Positions 38,503 to 46,811 of a DNA stretch of 64,000 nucleotides are shown here, one piece after another. Position 1 is the first letter of the stretch; each line of letters starts with the position of its first letter. Origin of the DNA: Chloroflexota bacterium (GTDB lineage Bacteria; Chloroflexota; Limnocylindria; P2-11E). A program made the translations under genes and the position numbers. The notes beneath the pieces were generated by a model. It ran no database searches. It was not told the origin of the DNA and worked only from the letters and a program-made list of their open reading frames with translations. The stretch covers positions 15,461-79,460 of the forward strand of contig VBDX01000133.1 in assembly GCA_005881885.1 (NCBI GenBank), in the 5' to 3' direction.

Positions 38503-39519
38503 TCAACCGGCGTAGCGGTAGAAGAGCTCCCCCACCGTTCGGCACATCCATGGCGCGGAGTTCCGGATCACTTTTCCCATCATCTGCTGGAACTTGCGCG
38601 AGGATGGCTTGATCGGCCGATTCGCGATCCACGAATAGGCCAGCGGCTTCTCAAGCGCTCCCCATCCGTTCTTGAAGCCGCGGAGCGGCGCCTGCTCGAG
38701 ATCAGACCGACCCAGGTCGACCGTGTGGCAGCCGTTTTCGCTGGCGATCCGTATTGCGGTCCAGATGAGGAGATAGTTCGCGTCGAGCTTGGCGAAGCGT
38801 TCGTCGCGCGCGCTGTACTTGTAGATGAGCGTTCCGTTCCACGACCCGAAGATCGCCGCAGCGATAGGGGTGTCGCCGGAATATGCGGTGAGCACGAATC
38901 CCAGGCCCGGCGCGACGACGCGCTCGAGCAGCAGACGGAAGAAGCGGCGCGGCTGAATGGGTACGCCCAGGCGTCTGCGGGTGCGCAGATGCAACCGGTA
39001 GAACGTCTCCATGTCGGCCGCTGAGGAGCCGCGCGCGATGCGCACGCCGCCACGCTCGGCGAGCCGGACGTTGCGACGGTGATTCTTGAAGAGACCCGCC
39101 CACGTCACGGTGATGTCGTCCGTCAGCGCGAGCTCGTGGCGAACGTGAGCGGAGCGGAGCTGGATCCCCGCGTGATCGGCGACCGGCGCGCGGAGCTCGA
39201 GCGCACGGACCGCGCGCGCTCTCGTGAGCGCCGCGAGCTCCTCGACGAGCTCTGGCTCCCGCTGGGCGGCGAGCGGCGGGCAGTAGTCGGTGAATGGCAG
39301 GGAGACCCAGCGGCGCTGGCCGAGTGGCCGGCTCACTTCGACGACCGGCAGGCCCGCGGTGACCGCGCCGGCGCCATCGGTCAAGGCGAGGGCCATCGCC
39401 CGGTAGCCATAGCAGTCGACCAGCAGCCGCGCCCAGGCGGGATGGTGGAAGAGCGTCGCCTCAGGCCGGCCGCGCACGAACTCGACCCAGCCGGGATCCT
39501 CGAGCTCAAGGAGCCTCAT
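38503..39519 (-). CDS. FemAB-like / GNAT-fold aminoacyl-transferase family protein (Acetyltransf_6-like)
   Basis: ~338 aa from ATG 39519 (MRLLELEDPGWVEF...). Two GNAT-like halves typical of FemAB/peptidoglycan-bridge enzymes. ATG overlaps the ATP-grasp stop (ATGA). Confidence 0.6.
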   Translation of the reverse strand: MRLLELEDPGWVEFVRGRPEATLFHHPAWARLLVDCYGYRAMALALTDGAGAVTAGLPVVEVSRPLGQRRWVSLPFTDYCPPLAAQREPELVEELAALTRARAVRALELRAPVADHAGIQLRSAHVRHELALTDDITVTWAGLFKNHRRNVRLAERGGVRIARGSSAADMETFYRLHLRTRRRLGVPIQPRRFFRLLLERVVAPGLGFVLTAYSGDTPIAAAIFGSWNGTLIYKYSARDERFAKLDANYLLIWTAIRIASENGCHTVDLGRSDLEQAPLRGFKNGWGALEKPLAYSWIANRPIKPSSRKFQQMMGKVIRNSAPWMCRTVGELFYRYAG

Positions 39520-40772
39520 CGCGATGCGCCCTGGCCCGAGGGCACGGCCGTTGCGAGGGATTCGGGCAGGTCGCGCCTGGCGCTCGCGCGCCGCCAGGCG
39601 AGGTAGAGCACCGCGGGAAGCTCGATGAGGGCGGGTACCGGATCGTCGGTGGCCAGGATCGCGAACTCGATCGGACCGCGGAGTGAAGAAAGGTACGCAG
39701 CGACGGAGAGTCGACCTGCGCGTATCTCGCCGAACGCCGTGGGCAGGTCGGTGAGCGCGCGCACCCAGCGCACGCCGCTCCTCCCGCGGACCTCTGGCAC
39801 CGAGGCGCCGCTCGTCATCCGCCAGAGCAGGTAGGGGAAGTCGACGCCGGCGCGACCGGCGAGCGTGTGCCAGCCCCACACGCGTGGGTTGACGTCGAGC
39901 AGCTTCAAGCGACCGTCGCGCGGGTCGCGCTTGAATTCGACCTCGACGATCCCTTCGTAGCCCAACACGGCGAGGAGCCGCGCGGCGATCTCTTCGACGT
40001 CAGGCGCCTCGATCGTCTCCACGTACGTGCTGGCCCGACCGAAGTCCATAGGCCACTGCCGAGTCCGGCGCGCGACCACCGACGCCACCGGTTGGCCTTC
40101 GCGGCAGAGCGCGGCGTACGAGAGCTGGCACGCCCCGCCGCCCACGATCAGCTCCTGGACCATGATGAGCGACGGGTCGACCAGCGCCGAGGCCTCCGCG
40201 TAGCGCGCCGCGAGCTCGGCGGGATCCTCGACTCGCCAGGCCTTCGACATCGTGAAGCGATTGAGCTCCGTCCGGATCGCCGGCTTGAGGATCGCCGGAT
40301 ACCGAACGTCCAAGCCTTGAAGGTCTTCCGCGGTCTGCGGGTAATGCGTACGCGGGTGGTCGATGTCGAGCCCGGCGGCGAGCCGGTACGTTAGGCGCTT
40401 GTCGTAGGCCCACCGCAGCACGTCCCAGCGCGGCACGGTGAGCCGGTACCTCTCGCCGAGCGCGCGCCGGTTGCGGGCCAGAAGCGCCGCCGTTTCGTCG
40501 TCGGTCGGGAAGATCGTCCAGCCTTCGATCGCGCTGCGCTCGCAGAGCTCGAGGAGGTAGCGGACGCGCTCCGCCTCGCCGACCGCGGGCCACGAGAGGG
40601 TCCGCACGCAGTAACGGGAATAGCCCGCGAGCGCGTGCTCGTCCTGGAGGACCCACACCGGGATCCCATGCCGCCCGAGGCTCCGGACGATGCCGAGCGC
40701 TTTGTAGTCGCTGCCGAGGACGAGCGCGCCTGGTGCGGCTTGGTGCGTTCGACCGTCGATCGCCATCGTCAT
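39516..40772 (-). CDS. ATP-grasp domain protein (carboxylate-amine ligase-like)
   Basis: 'ILKPAIRT ... MVQELIVGGGACQLSYAALC ... VEVEFKRDPRDGRLKLLDVNPR' ATP-grasp fold. ATG 40772 overlaps the upstream stop (ATGA). Confidence 0.65.
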   Translation of the reverse strand: MTMAIDGRTHQAAPGALVLGSDYKALGIVRSLGRHGIPVWVLQDEHALAGYSRYCVRTLSWPAVGEAERVRYLLELCERSAIEGWTIFPTDDETAALLARNRRALGERYRLTVPRWDVLRWAYDKRLTYRLAAGLDIDHPRTHYPQTAEDLQGLDVRYPAILKPAIRTELNRFTMSKAWRVEDPAELAARYAEASALVDPSLIMVQELIVGGGACQLSYAALCREGQPVASVVARRTRQWPMDFGRASTYVETIEAPDVEEIAARLLAVLGYEGIVEVEFKRDPRDGRLKLLDVNPRVWGWHTLAGRAGVDFPYLLWRMTSGASVPEVRGRSGVRWVRALTDLPTAFGEIRAGRLSVAAYLSSLRGPIEFAILATDDPVPALIELPAVLYLAWRRASARRDLPESLATAVPSGQGASR

Positions 40773-41992
40773 TCCGCCGTTCGGTAGTCCACGATGCGAT
40801 CGGCGGAGGCGACCGGGGCCTGCTTCACCTCGTGCCGAGCGACCCACGTGGTGAGCGCCCGAGCTCCGAATTGGGTCCCGGCGACGAACCGGACGAGCGG
40901 CCCGAAGGAGAACCCCGCGGGCGCGCCGAGGAAGTGCAGGCCGGGAACCGATGACTCGAGGCCCGCATCGAGGACCGGATGGCCCTCGACGATGCGCAGC
41001 GCCGCGAGCAGCGAGGGCGACAGGAAGCCGTACTTGCGCACATCGACGCGGTAACCGGTCGCGAGCAGGAGATGGTCGACGCGGCGGGTGGTGGCGTCGT
41101 CCAGCGCGAGCTCGAGATGGCCGTTCACGCGTGTCGCCGCGGTCACGTGCCGCCCGGTGCTGATGGCCATCCCCTCTGATCGCGGCCGAAGCCAGAGGGA
41201 TGCGCCCGGCGCGAGCGAGCGCCGCATCGCCGCGCGTCGCATGGAGCCGGGCAGGTGCCGCAGCAGCATCGGTCGTGCGACGATGTGACTCACACCGGCG
41301 GGACCGACATCCGTCCGGTCGAAGAGGAGACGCCCCAGGAATCCCTTCCGCGTCGCGCGGCCGACCCAGCGGATGCGCGGAGCGCGCATGATCAGCTCGA
41401 CATCCACCCCCGCCTCGTGCAGCAGGACCGCTGACTCGAATGCGCTCTGCCCACCGCCGACGACCGCGACGCGTTGTCCGGCGAAGCGCGCGAGATCGTC
41501 GTGCTCGCTCGAGTGGCTCGCGAACTTCCGCGGTACGTGATCGAACTCGCGCGGACGCCACGCGAAGGCAGCGATGCCCGCGGCGACGACGACGCGTTCG
41601 GATTCGATCGACTCCCCATCATCCAGCAGAACACGGAAGCGACCGTCGGCGCGCTCCACTCGCTCGGCCTGACGCTCGTCGATCGCCGGTCCGGCTAGCT
41701 TTTGGAACCAGTGCCCGTACGCCACGAAATCGGAGAGCGGTACGGGCCGGTCGATGCGTTCCCCGCGGCCACGCTCGAAATCGTCGAGCGTCAGGGCCGC
41801 AGCGGGATCGGCGATATGCGAGGCGGCCCACGGGCTCCGGAGCCGCATGCCTTTCGGCATGTGCCGCATCCAGAACGACATCGGCTTGCCGAGAACGCGT
41901 ACGTTCGCTCCGGCGCCGCGAAGGTGCGCGCTCGCGGCGAGGCCGTAGGGGCCCGCACCGATGACGATGACGTCAGTCTTCTGCCCGCTCAT
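40769..41992 (-). CDS. FAD/NAD(P)-dependent class B flavoprotein monooxygenase (FATGY-motif; N-hydroxylating/FMO-like)
   Basis: 'VIVIGAGPYGLA' FAD motif, second 'VAVVGGGQSAFE' NAD(P) motif, 'LLLATGYRVD' FATGY-type motif. ATG 41992 overlaps the upstream stop (ATGA). Confidence 0.65.
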   Translation of the reverse strand: MSGQKTDVIVIGAGPYGLAASAHLRGAGANVRVLGKPMSFWMRHMPKGMRLRSPWAASHIADPAAALTLDDFERGRGERIDRPVPLSDFVAYGHWFQKLAGPAIDERQAERVERADGRFRVLLDDGESIESERVVVAAGIAAFAWRPREFDHVPRKFASHSSEHDDLARFAGQRVAVVGGGQSAFESAVLLHEAGVDVELIMRAPRIRWVGRATRKGFLGRLLFDRTDVGPAGVSHIVARPMLLRHLPGSMRRAAMRRSLAPGASLWLRPRSEGMAISTGRHVTAATRVNGHLELALDDATTRRVDHLLLATGYRVDVRKYGFLSPSLLAALRIVEGHPVLDAGLESSVPGLHFLGAPAGFSFGPLVRFVAGTQFGARALTTWVARHEVKQAPVASADRIVDYRTAE

Positions 41993-43287
41993 TTTCGCTT
42001 CCACCCCCTGAATGAAGTGCTCCGTGTCTCCCACGAGCGGGTGACGAAGTCGCGAAGCGTGAGCGCATCGACGTCGCCCGTGACGGCGAGCGCGCTACGC
42101 GCCCCGTCCGGCCATCTCCAGATCCGGACCAGCGGTCCGGGCGCCGTCTCGATCTCGCGCAAGATGTCGCCCTCCGACCAGCGCGCCGTCGCGACGTCCA
42201 CGTGCGCGCCGTATGCGCGCGCGTCGTCGGAGATCTCGAACGGCAGACCCTCCTCCGCAAGGAATCGGTGGACCGCGTCGGGCGACCGGTGCGACACGCC
42301 GACGACTGGCGCCCGTGCTGACTCCGTTTCGAAGTCGAACCGGTCCGTGCGCCGGTCACGCCCGTACCAGGGCTCCGCGCTTATCGCGAGCCCGCGAACG
42401 AGCACGGTCGCGTCCCCATCCGCGCCCACCTGGATGCGATACCGGCAGCCGCCGAGGCGCGTCACGCGGAGCGTGAAGCGACTGCGTCGCAGCCACCAGG
42501 ATGCGATCTCGTCGAGGCGCGCGATGAAGATGGCCGGCACGCGGCGGCGCGCCGCACCGAGGACGGCCTGAAGAGCGTTCCCCAGCTCCGGGATGCGCTC
42601 CGGATGAAGCTGGATCGTGAACAGGTCGCCGCGGCCAAAAGTCAGATCGAGCACGTGGCACCACTGGGAGGCCGCGGCGCACTCGGACCAGCGCAGACGC
42701 TCGACGAGCGTCTCGTCGTCCGGGATGGCGACGGGCACATCGACCAGTCCGTCACGAAGTCGTGGGATCACCGCGACGTCGCGCGCCGCGATGGCGGAGT
42801 ACAGCTCGAGTGCCAGCTCGTACCCCCGCGTCGCTTCGCTGCGCAGCGGAAAATGCACCGCCTGGCTGCTGTGGTACCGGAAACCGAGCTCGCGGAGGAC
42901 CTCGAGCGTCGCCTGGTTGTAGCGGAGGTACGGTCCGCGGAAGCCCGTCGGCTCGAGGCCGGCGCGCGTGAACAGCTCCATCGCCCGAGCGATGGTGTCG
43001 TGCTGCCGCTGGCGGTCCATCGCGGCGTGATCGCCGTGGACGAGGCCGTGCACCGGGATCTCCGCGCCCCGCGCGGCGAATCGCTGGAGCACCTCCGGGT
43101 GCCGGGCGAGGACGCACGCCGTCGTCGGCCAGGTCGGCCGGATGCCGAGCTCGGACGTGAGCGCGTCGTAGCGCTCGAGGCGCTGCACCATCGCTCCAGG
43201 GGTGGCCCCGAAGCGGGCGAGCACCTTCGCCGTGCGTGCCGCCGAACCGGCGGGGCCACGTCCGCGCAGGCTCATCGCGAGGCTCAT
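41989..43287 (-). CDS. Polysaccharide deacetylase (CE4 family) with a C-terminal extension
   Basis: 'IPVHGLVHGDH' and NodB-like motifs. ATG 43287 overlaps the GT4 stop (ATGA). Confidence 0.6.
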   Translation of the reverse strand: MSLAMSLRGRGPAGSAARTAKVLARFGATPGAMVQRLERYDALTSELGIRPTWPTTACVLARHPEVLQRFAARGAEIPVHGLVHGDHAAMDRQRQHDTIARAMELFTRAGLEPTGFRGPYLRYNQATLEVLRELGFRYHSSQAVHFPLRSEATRGYELALELYSAIAARDVAVIPRLRDGLVDVPVAIPDDETLVERLRWSECAAASQWCHVLDLTFGRGDLFTIQLHPERIPELGNALQAVLGAARRRVPAIFIARLDEIASWWLRRSRFTLRVTRLGGCRYRIQVGADGDATVLVRGLAISAEPWYGRDRRTDRFDFETESARAPVVGVSHRSPDAVHRFLAEEGLPFEISDDARAYGAHVDVATARWSEGDILREIETAPGPLVRIWRWPDGARSALAVTGDVDALTLRDFVTRSWETRSTSFRGWKRK

Positions 43288-44510
43288 GCGCGCTCCGCTC
43301 CGTCCACGGCGACGGGAACCGATCGCCGTAGCGTGTCCGCGGCGGCGAGGTGCTCCACCAGTTCGACGTAGCGCTTGGCCTGGCGCACCCAGCGGTATGG
43401 CTCGTTGACCTCGGTCGCCCGCCGGACGAGCCGCTGACGCAGCTCGGGATCCTCGTAGAGCTCGAGGATCGCGCGCGCGAGGTCCTGCTCGTTGCCCGAC
43501 TCGAACAGCTGGAAGCATTCGTCGCCGAAGTACGCCTCCACCGCGCGGGTCCGCGACGTGACGACAGGCTTCTGCATCGCGATGAGGTCGTACATCTTGT
43601 TGCTGTGCGTCAGGTCGAAGCACGCGTCCCTCCTGATCGCGACGACGCCGACGTCCGCCTCCGCGATCCTCGGGAGCAGCTCGTCCATGGGGACCCACCC
43701 ACGGCTGAACCAGACCAGATCCTCGACACCGAGCTCCTTCGCGAGGGCTTCGATGGATTCGCGACGCGGCCCGTCGCCGTAGATGCGAAGGAGGAGGCCG
43801 GGGATGCGGTGGCGGAGCCGCGCGATCGCGCGCACGACCAGGTCGAGGCCGTACATGTCGTCGATGGTTCCGTGGAAGACGAGCACGAAGTGCCCGCGAT
43901 CCCTCTTCACCGCGGAATACCGCCGCGGGTCGAACCGCTGATCATCGAAGGAGTTGAGGATGACCCCGATCTTCTCTTTGCGCGCTCCGCGCTCCGCGAA
44001 CCGCTCGCGCATCTGCTCAGTGCAGGTGATGGCCGCGTCGGCGAATCGAATGCTCACCTGCTCGCAGAGACCGAGCGCGCGGACCAGTGTGTGCTGCGCT
44101 GGCAGCTTGTACTTCAGCGAGAAGAATTCGGGCATGCATTCGTGGAGGTCCAAAAGGACGCGAGCGCCGAGCAGCCGTGGCACGAGCGCCGCGAAGACTA
44201 GGCAGTCAGGCAGCGAGTTCACCTGGACCACGTCGTAGCGCTCCCGCAAGTGCAGCCTCGTGGCGCGCAGCGCGGCGAGGACGAAGAAGGCGCCGTACTC
44301 GAGGACGTAGCTGATCTTCCCGCGACGCTGACGCTCGATCGGCAGGCGGTACACGGTGAGGCGGCCGCTCCGTTCATGCCGTGGCTGGTCGCCCCAGCGC
44401 TGGCAGATGAGGTCGACCTCATGACCCGCGGCGATGAGCGCCTTGACCTCGCGCGTTAAGCGCGCGTCGAACGGGAAGACGCCTTGGCGGATGACGCAGA
44501 TCCGGGCCAC
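43284..44510 (-). CDS. Glycosyltransferase family 4
   Basis: GT-B fold ('RICVIRQGVFPFDARL ... FHGTIDDMYGLDLVV ... NKMYDLIAMQKPVV'). GTG start overlaps the Wzy-like TAG (TAGTG). Confidence 0.75.
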   Translation of the reverse strand: MARICVIRQGVFPFDARLTREVKALIAAGHEVDLICQRWGDQPRHERSGRLTVYRLPIERQRRGKISYVLEYGAFFVLAALRATRLHLRERYDVVQVNSLPDCLVFAALVPRLLGARVLLDLHECMPEFFSLKYKLPAQHTLVRALGLCEQVSIRFADAAITCTEQMRERFAERGARKEKIGVILNSFDDQRFDPRRYSAVKRDRGHFVLVFHGTIDDMYGLDLVVRAIARLRHRIPGLLLRIYGDGPRRESIEALAKELGVEDLVWFSRGWVPMDELLPRIAEADVGVVAIRRDACFDLTHSNKMYDLIAMQKPVVTSRTRAVEAYFGDECFQLFESGNEQDLARAILELYEDPELRQRLVRRATEVNEPYRWVRQAKRYVELVEHLAAADTLRRSVPVAVDGAERA

Positions 44511-46039
44511 TAGCGCACCTGCTCGACCGCGGGGGATTCGAGCGATGCGGAGCGAACCAGGAACGCGCAGATCCCGAGGGCCGTCCCGAGGACGATCATC
44601 GACCGGCTGAACGTCATTCCCTGGTCGACGGAGGAGAAGATGACCTGACAGATAACGATCGCCAGGGGAAGCGCCGCGAGCCAGCGAAGCTCCCCGTCGC
44701 GCTGCTCTCGGACGAAGAGAGCCGAGCACACGAGAACCGCGCGCGCGACCAGGAACCAGAGCGCGAGCGCCGCGAAGGGACCCGCCTTCAGCCAGAGCCA
44801 GAGCAGCGCGTTGTGGGTGATGTTGCGCCAGTACGGCAACCCGTAGAGCGGCGGTGGCTGCTGCTGAAAGAGGTACTCCTGGCCAAGGCCGACGCCGGTC
44901 AGCGGCAGCTGACGCACGGTGTACGCGATATTCCGGTTCTCGATGACGCGCCACGCGTTCGAGCTCTGATCGCGCGTGCTGCTGGACGACGGCTCGACCA
45001 CCGCGCGCACCGCCCTCACCGGCTCGGCGATGGGCCCGCTCGAGTCCCAAAAGAGCGCTCCGTACGCGGCGAGGCCGACCGCCGCGACCCCGGCGAGCAC
45101 GAGCGCTCGGCGTCGGCGGACGAAGAACGTGAGCAAGGTGATGACGGCGAAGACCGCGGCCATCGCGATGAAGGCGGTCCGCCGCTGGTCGAGAAGCAGA
45201 GCGACGAGGATCACCGGCTGCAGCCCAAGCAGGAAATAACCGAACCTCGTGCGCACCCGCAGCGCCACCATCGCGATGGCGAGGGCGATGGCGGCGTCGA
45301 AGAAGACGATGTCCTCATGGCTCGTCACGGAGCCGGCGTCATATGGTGTCCAAGCGGGGCCCTCCTGGTAGTTACCGATCCCCTGGAGCGCCTTGACGGC
45401 GACAAGCGCAACGAACATCCACACGATGACCATGAGCTGGCGGCGGTCCTCGACGAGGTTCGCCGCGAGGAAGTAGAGGGCGCACAGCTCGATCGGCGCG
45501 CGCACCTCGTTCAACCCCGCCTCGAGGTCCACTCCGCCGCGGGCGACACCGATCAGGCCGCCGAGCGCGAAGGCGGCTCCGTACCCGACGATCGCCCAGC
45601 CGAACGGACCCATTCGCAACGCCTCGCGCCGTCCGGTCAGCCGATGGAAGACGAGACTCGCGCCGGTGAGCAGCATCAAGAGTTCCGCGAGGCTCAGACG
45701 GATCGGCAGGGGCGTGTAGGCGGACACATTCTGGAAGAGATGCGACTGCGCGGTGAGCGGGGCGAGGCCCGCGATCGCGAACTGCTCGAAGAGCAGCGCC
45801 GCGCCGAACAGCAGGTACACGCCGGTGACGGGGTGCGCGCCGACCATGAGTACGACGAGCGCGCCGACCACCGGAGCGAGCGCGAGCACGTCGCCGCCGG
45901 TGGCGATGATCACGGCGGCGTACGCGCCTGCGAATGCCACGGTCAGTACGAAACCGACGATCGCGCCGCGGCGCGCGCGCCACGCGTACGCATCGCTCGT
46001 CGGCCAGGCCCGCGCGCCAGTCTGGAGCACGGCGCTCAT
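44510..46039 (-). CDS. O-antigen ligase / Wzy-like polysaccharide polymerase (multi-TM)
   Basis: ~12 TM helices with a large periplasmic loop; Wzy_C-like. ATG 46039. Confidence 0.7.
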   Translation of the reverse strand: MSAVLQTGARAWPTSDAYAWRARRGAIVGFVLTVAFAGAYAAVIIATGGDVLALAPVVGALVVLMVGAHPVTGVYLLFGAALLFEQFAIAGLAPLTAQSHLFQNVSAYTPLPIRLSLAELLMLLTGASLVFHRLTGRREALRMGPFGWAIVGYGAAFALGGLIGVARGGVDLEAGLNEVRAPIELCALYFLAANLVEDRRQLMVIVWMFVALVAVKALQGIGNYQEGPAWTPYDAGSVTSHEDIVFFDAAIALAIAMVALRVRTRFGYFLLGLQPVILVALLLDQRRTAFIAMAAVFAVITLLTFFVRRRRALVLAGVAAVGLAAYGALFWDSSGPIAEPVRAVRAVVEPSSSSTRDQSSNAWRVIENRNIAYTVRQLPLTGVGLGQEYLFQQQPPPLYGLPYWRNITHNALLWLWLKAGPFAALALWFLVARAVLVCSALFVREQRDGELRWLAALPLAIVICQVIFSSVDQGMTFSRSMIVLGTALGICAFLVRSASLESPAVEQVR

Positions 46040-46188
46040 CGCGAGCCGACGAGTAGCGCGAACTGGGCGGCGACCATCGCCGCCGCGAAGGTCGCGGCGA
46101 CCCAGGGGCGCGCGACGCGAGATCCGCCCATGGCGCCGAGACCCGCGCAGAGCACGAAGAGGAGCACCGCCAAGGCCGTGTAGGTCAC
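46036..46188 (-). CDS. Putative 50-aa two-TM micro-protein wedged between the CpsD-like and Wzy-like genes
   Basis: GTG start overlaps the CpsD-like TGA (GTGA). Its TGA overlaps the Wzy ATG (ATGA). Product: VTYTALAVLLFVLCAGLGAMGGSRVARPWVAAATFAAAMVAAQFALLVGSR (two hydrophobic helices, basic loop). Confidence 0.3.
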   Translation of the reverse strand: MTYTALAVLLFVLCAGLGAMGGSRVARPWVAATFAAAMVAAQFALLVGSR

Positions 46189-46811
46189 GCGCGTGCCGCG
46201 AGGAGCGCCGCGGGGACGTCGACCGAGGATCCTCTGGCTCGGTTCAGAACGATGTAGGGCGGCGCCGCGAGGCTGAGCTTGCCGAGGGCCTGCTGGATCA
46301 GGGGTAGCGGTGTGGCTCCTTCGCGCAGTACGACGAAGAGCTGGTCGACCAGCGCGGCCCAGGGCAGCACGAACGTTTCGCCGGCAAGCACCGGCGGAAG
46401 GTCCACGATGACCGTCTCGAAGGAGACGGCCTCCTTGGCCACGAACGATGCGAGCCCCCGGAGGGTCGGCCTCGCGCCCATGCCGTCGCCGAGTGGCAGG
46501 AAGGCAACGCGCGAGGGGGCGTACCGGCGGATGCAGGCCGCGGCGTCGGCCCGGTCCGCAAGTAGCTCGGCCAGCCCAACGCTCGATTCGAGACGAGCGT
46601 CGCGTGTCAGCGAGGGATGGATCCAGTTCGCGTCGACGAGCAGCACGCTGCCCCTGCGCATCGCCGCGAGCGAAAGCGCCGTGCCGAGCGCGAGCGTGCT
46701 GACGCCCTCGCCGAGCAGGGCACTGGTGAAACCGATTGTGCGAAAGCCCATCGCATCGACGCGGCTGGCCAGCCCGTCGAACGTGGCCATGAGGCTCGCC
46801 GGTGCGCTCAT
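46185..46811 (-). CDS. CpsD/Wzc-type (BY-kinase/MinD-like) ATPase domain protein with a degenerate Walker A (GEGVST)
   Basis: 'FTSALLGEGVSTLALGTALSLA' in place of the canonical 'SxxPGEGKST'. Walker A' 'VLLVDANWIHPSL'. Walker B 'VIVDLPPVL'. ATG overlaps the Wzz-like stop (ATGA). Confidence 0.65.
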   Translation of the reverse strand: MSAPASLMATFDGLASRVDAMGFRTIGFTSALLGEGVSTLALGTALSLAAMRRGSVLLVDANWIHPSLTRDARLESSVGLAELLADRADAAACIRRYAPSRVAFLPLGDGMGARPTLRGLASFVAKEAVSFETVIVDLPPVLAGETFVLPWAALVDQLFVVLREGATPLPLIQQALGKLSLAAPPYIVLNRARGSSVDVPAALLAARA

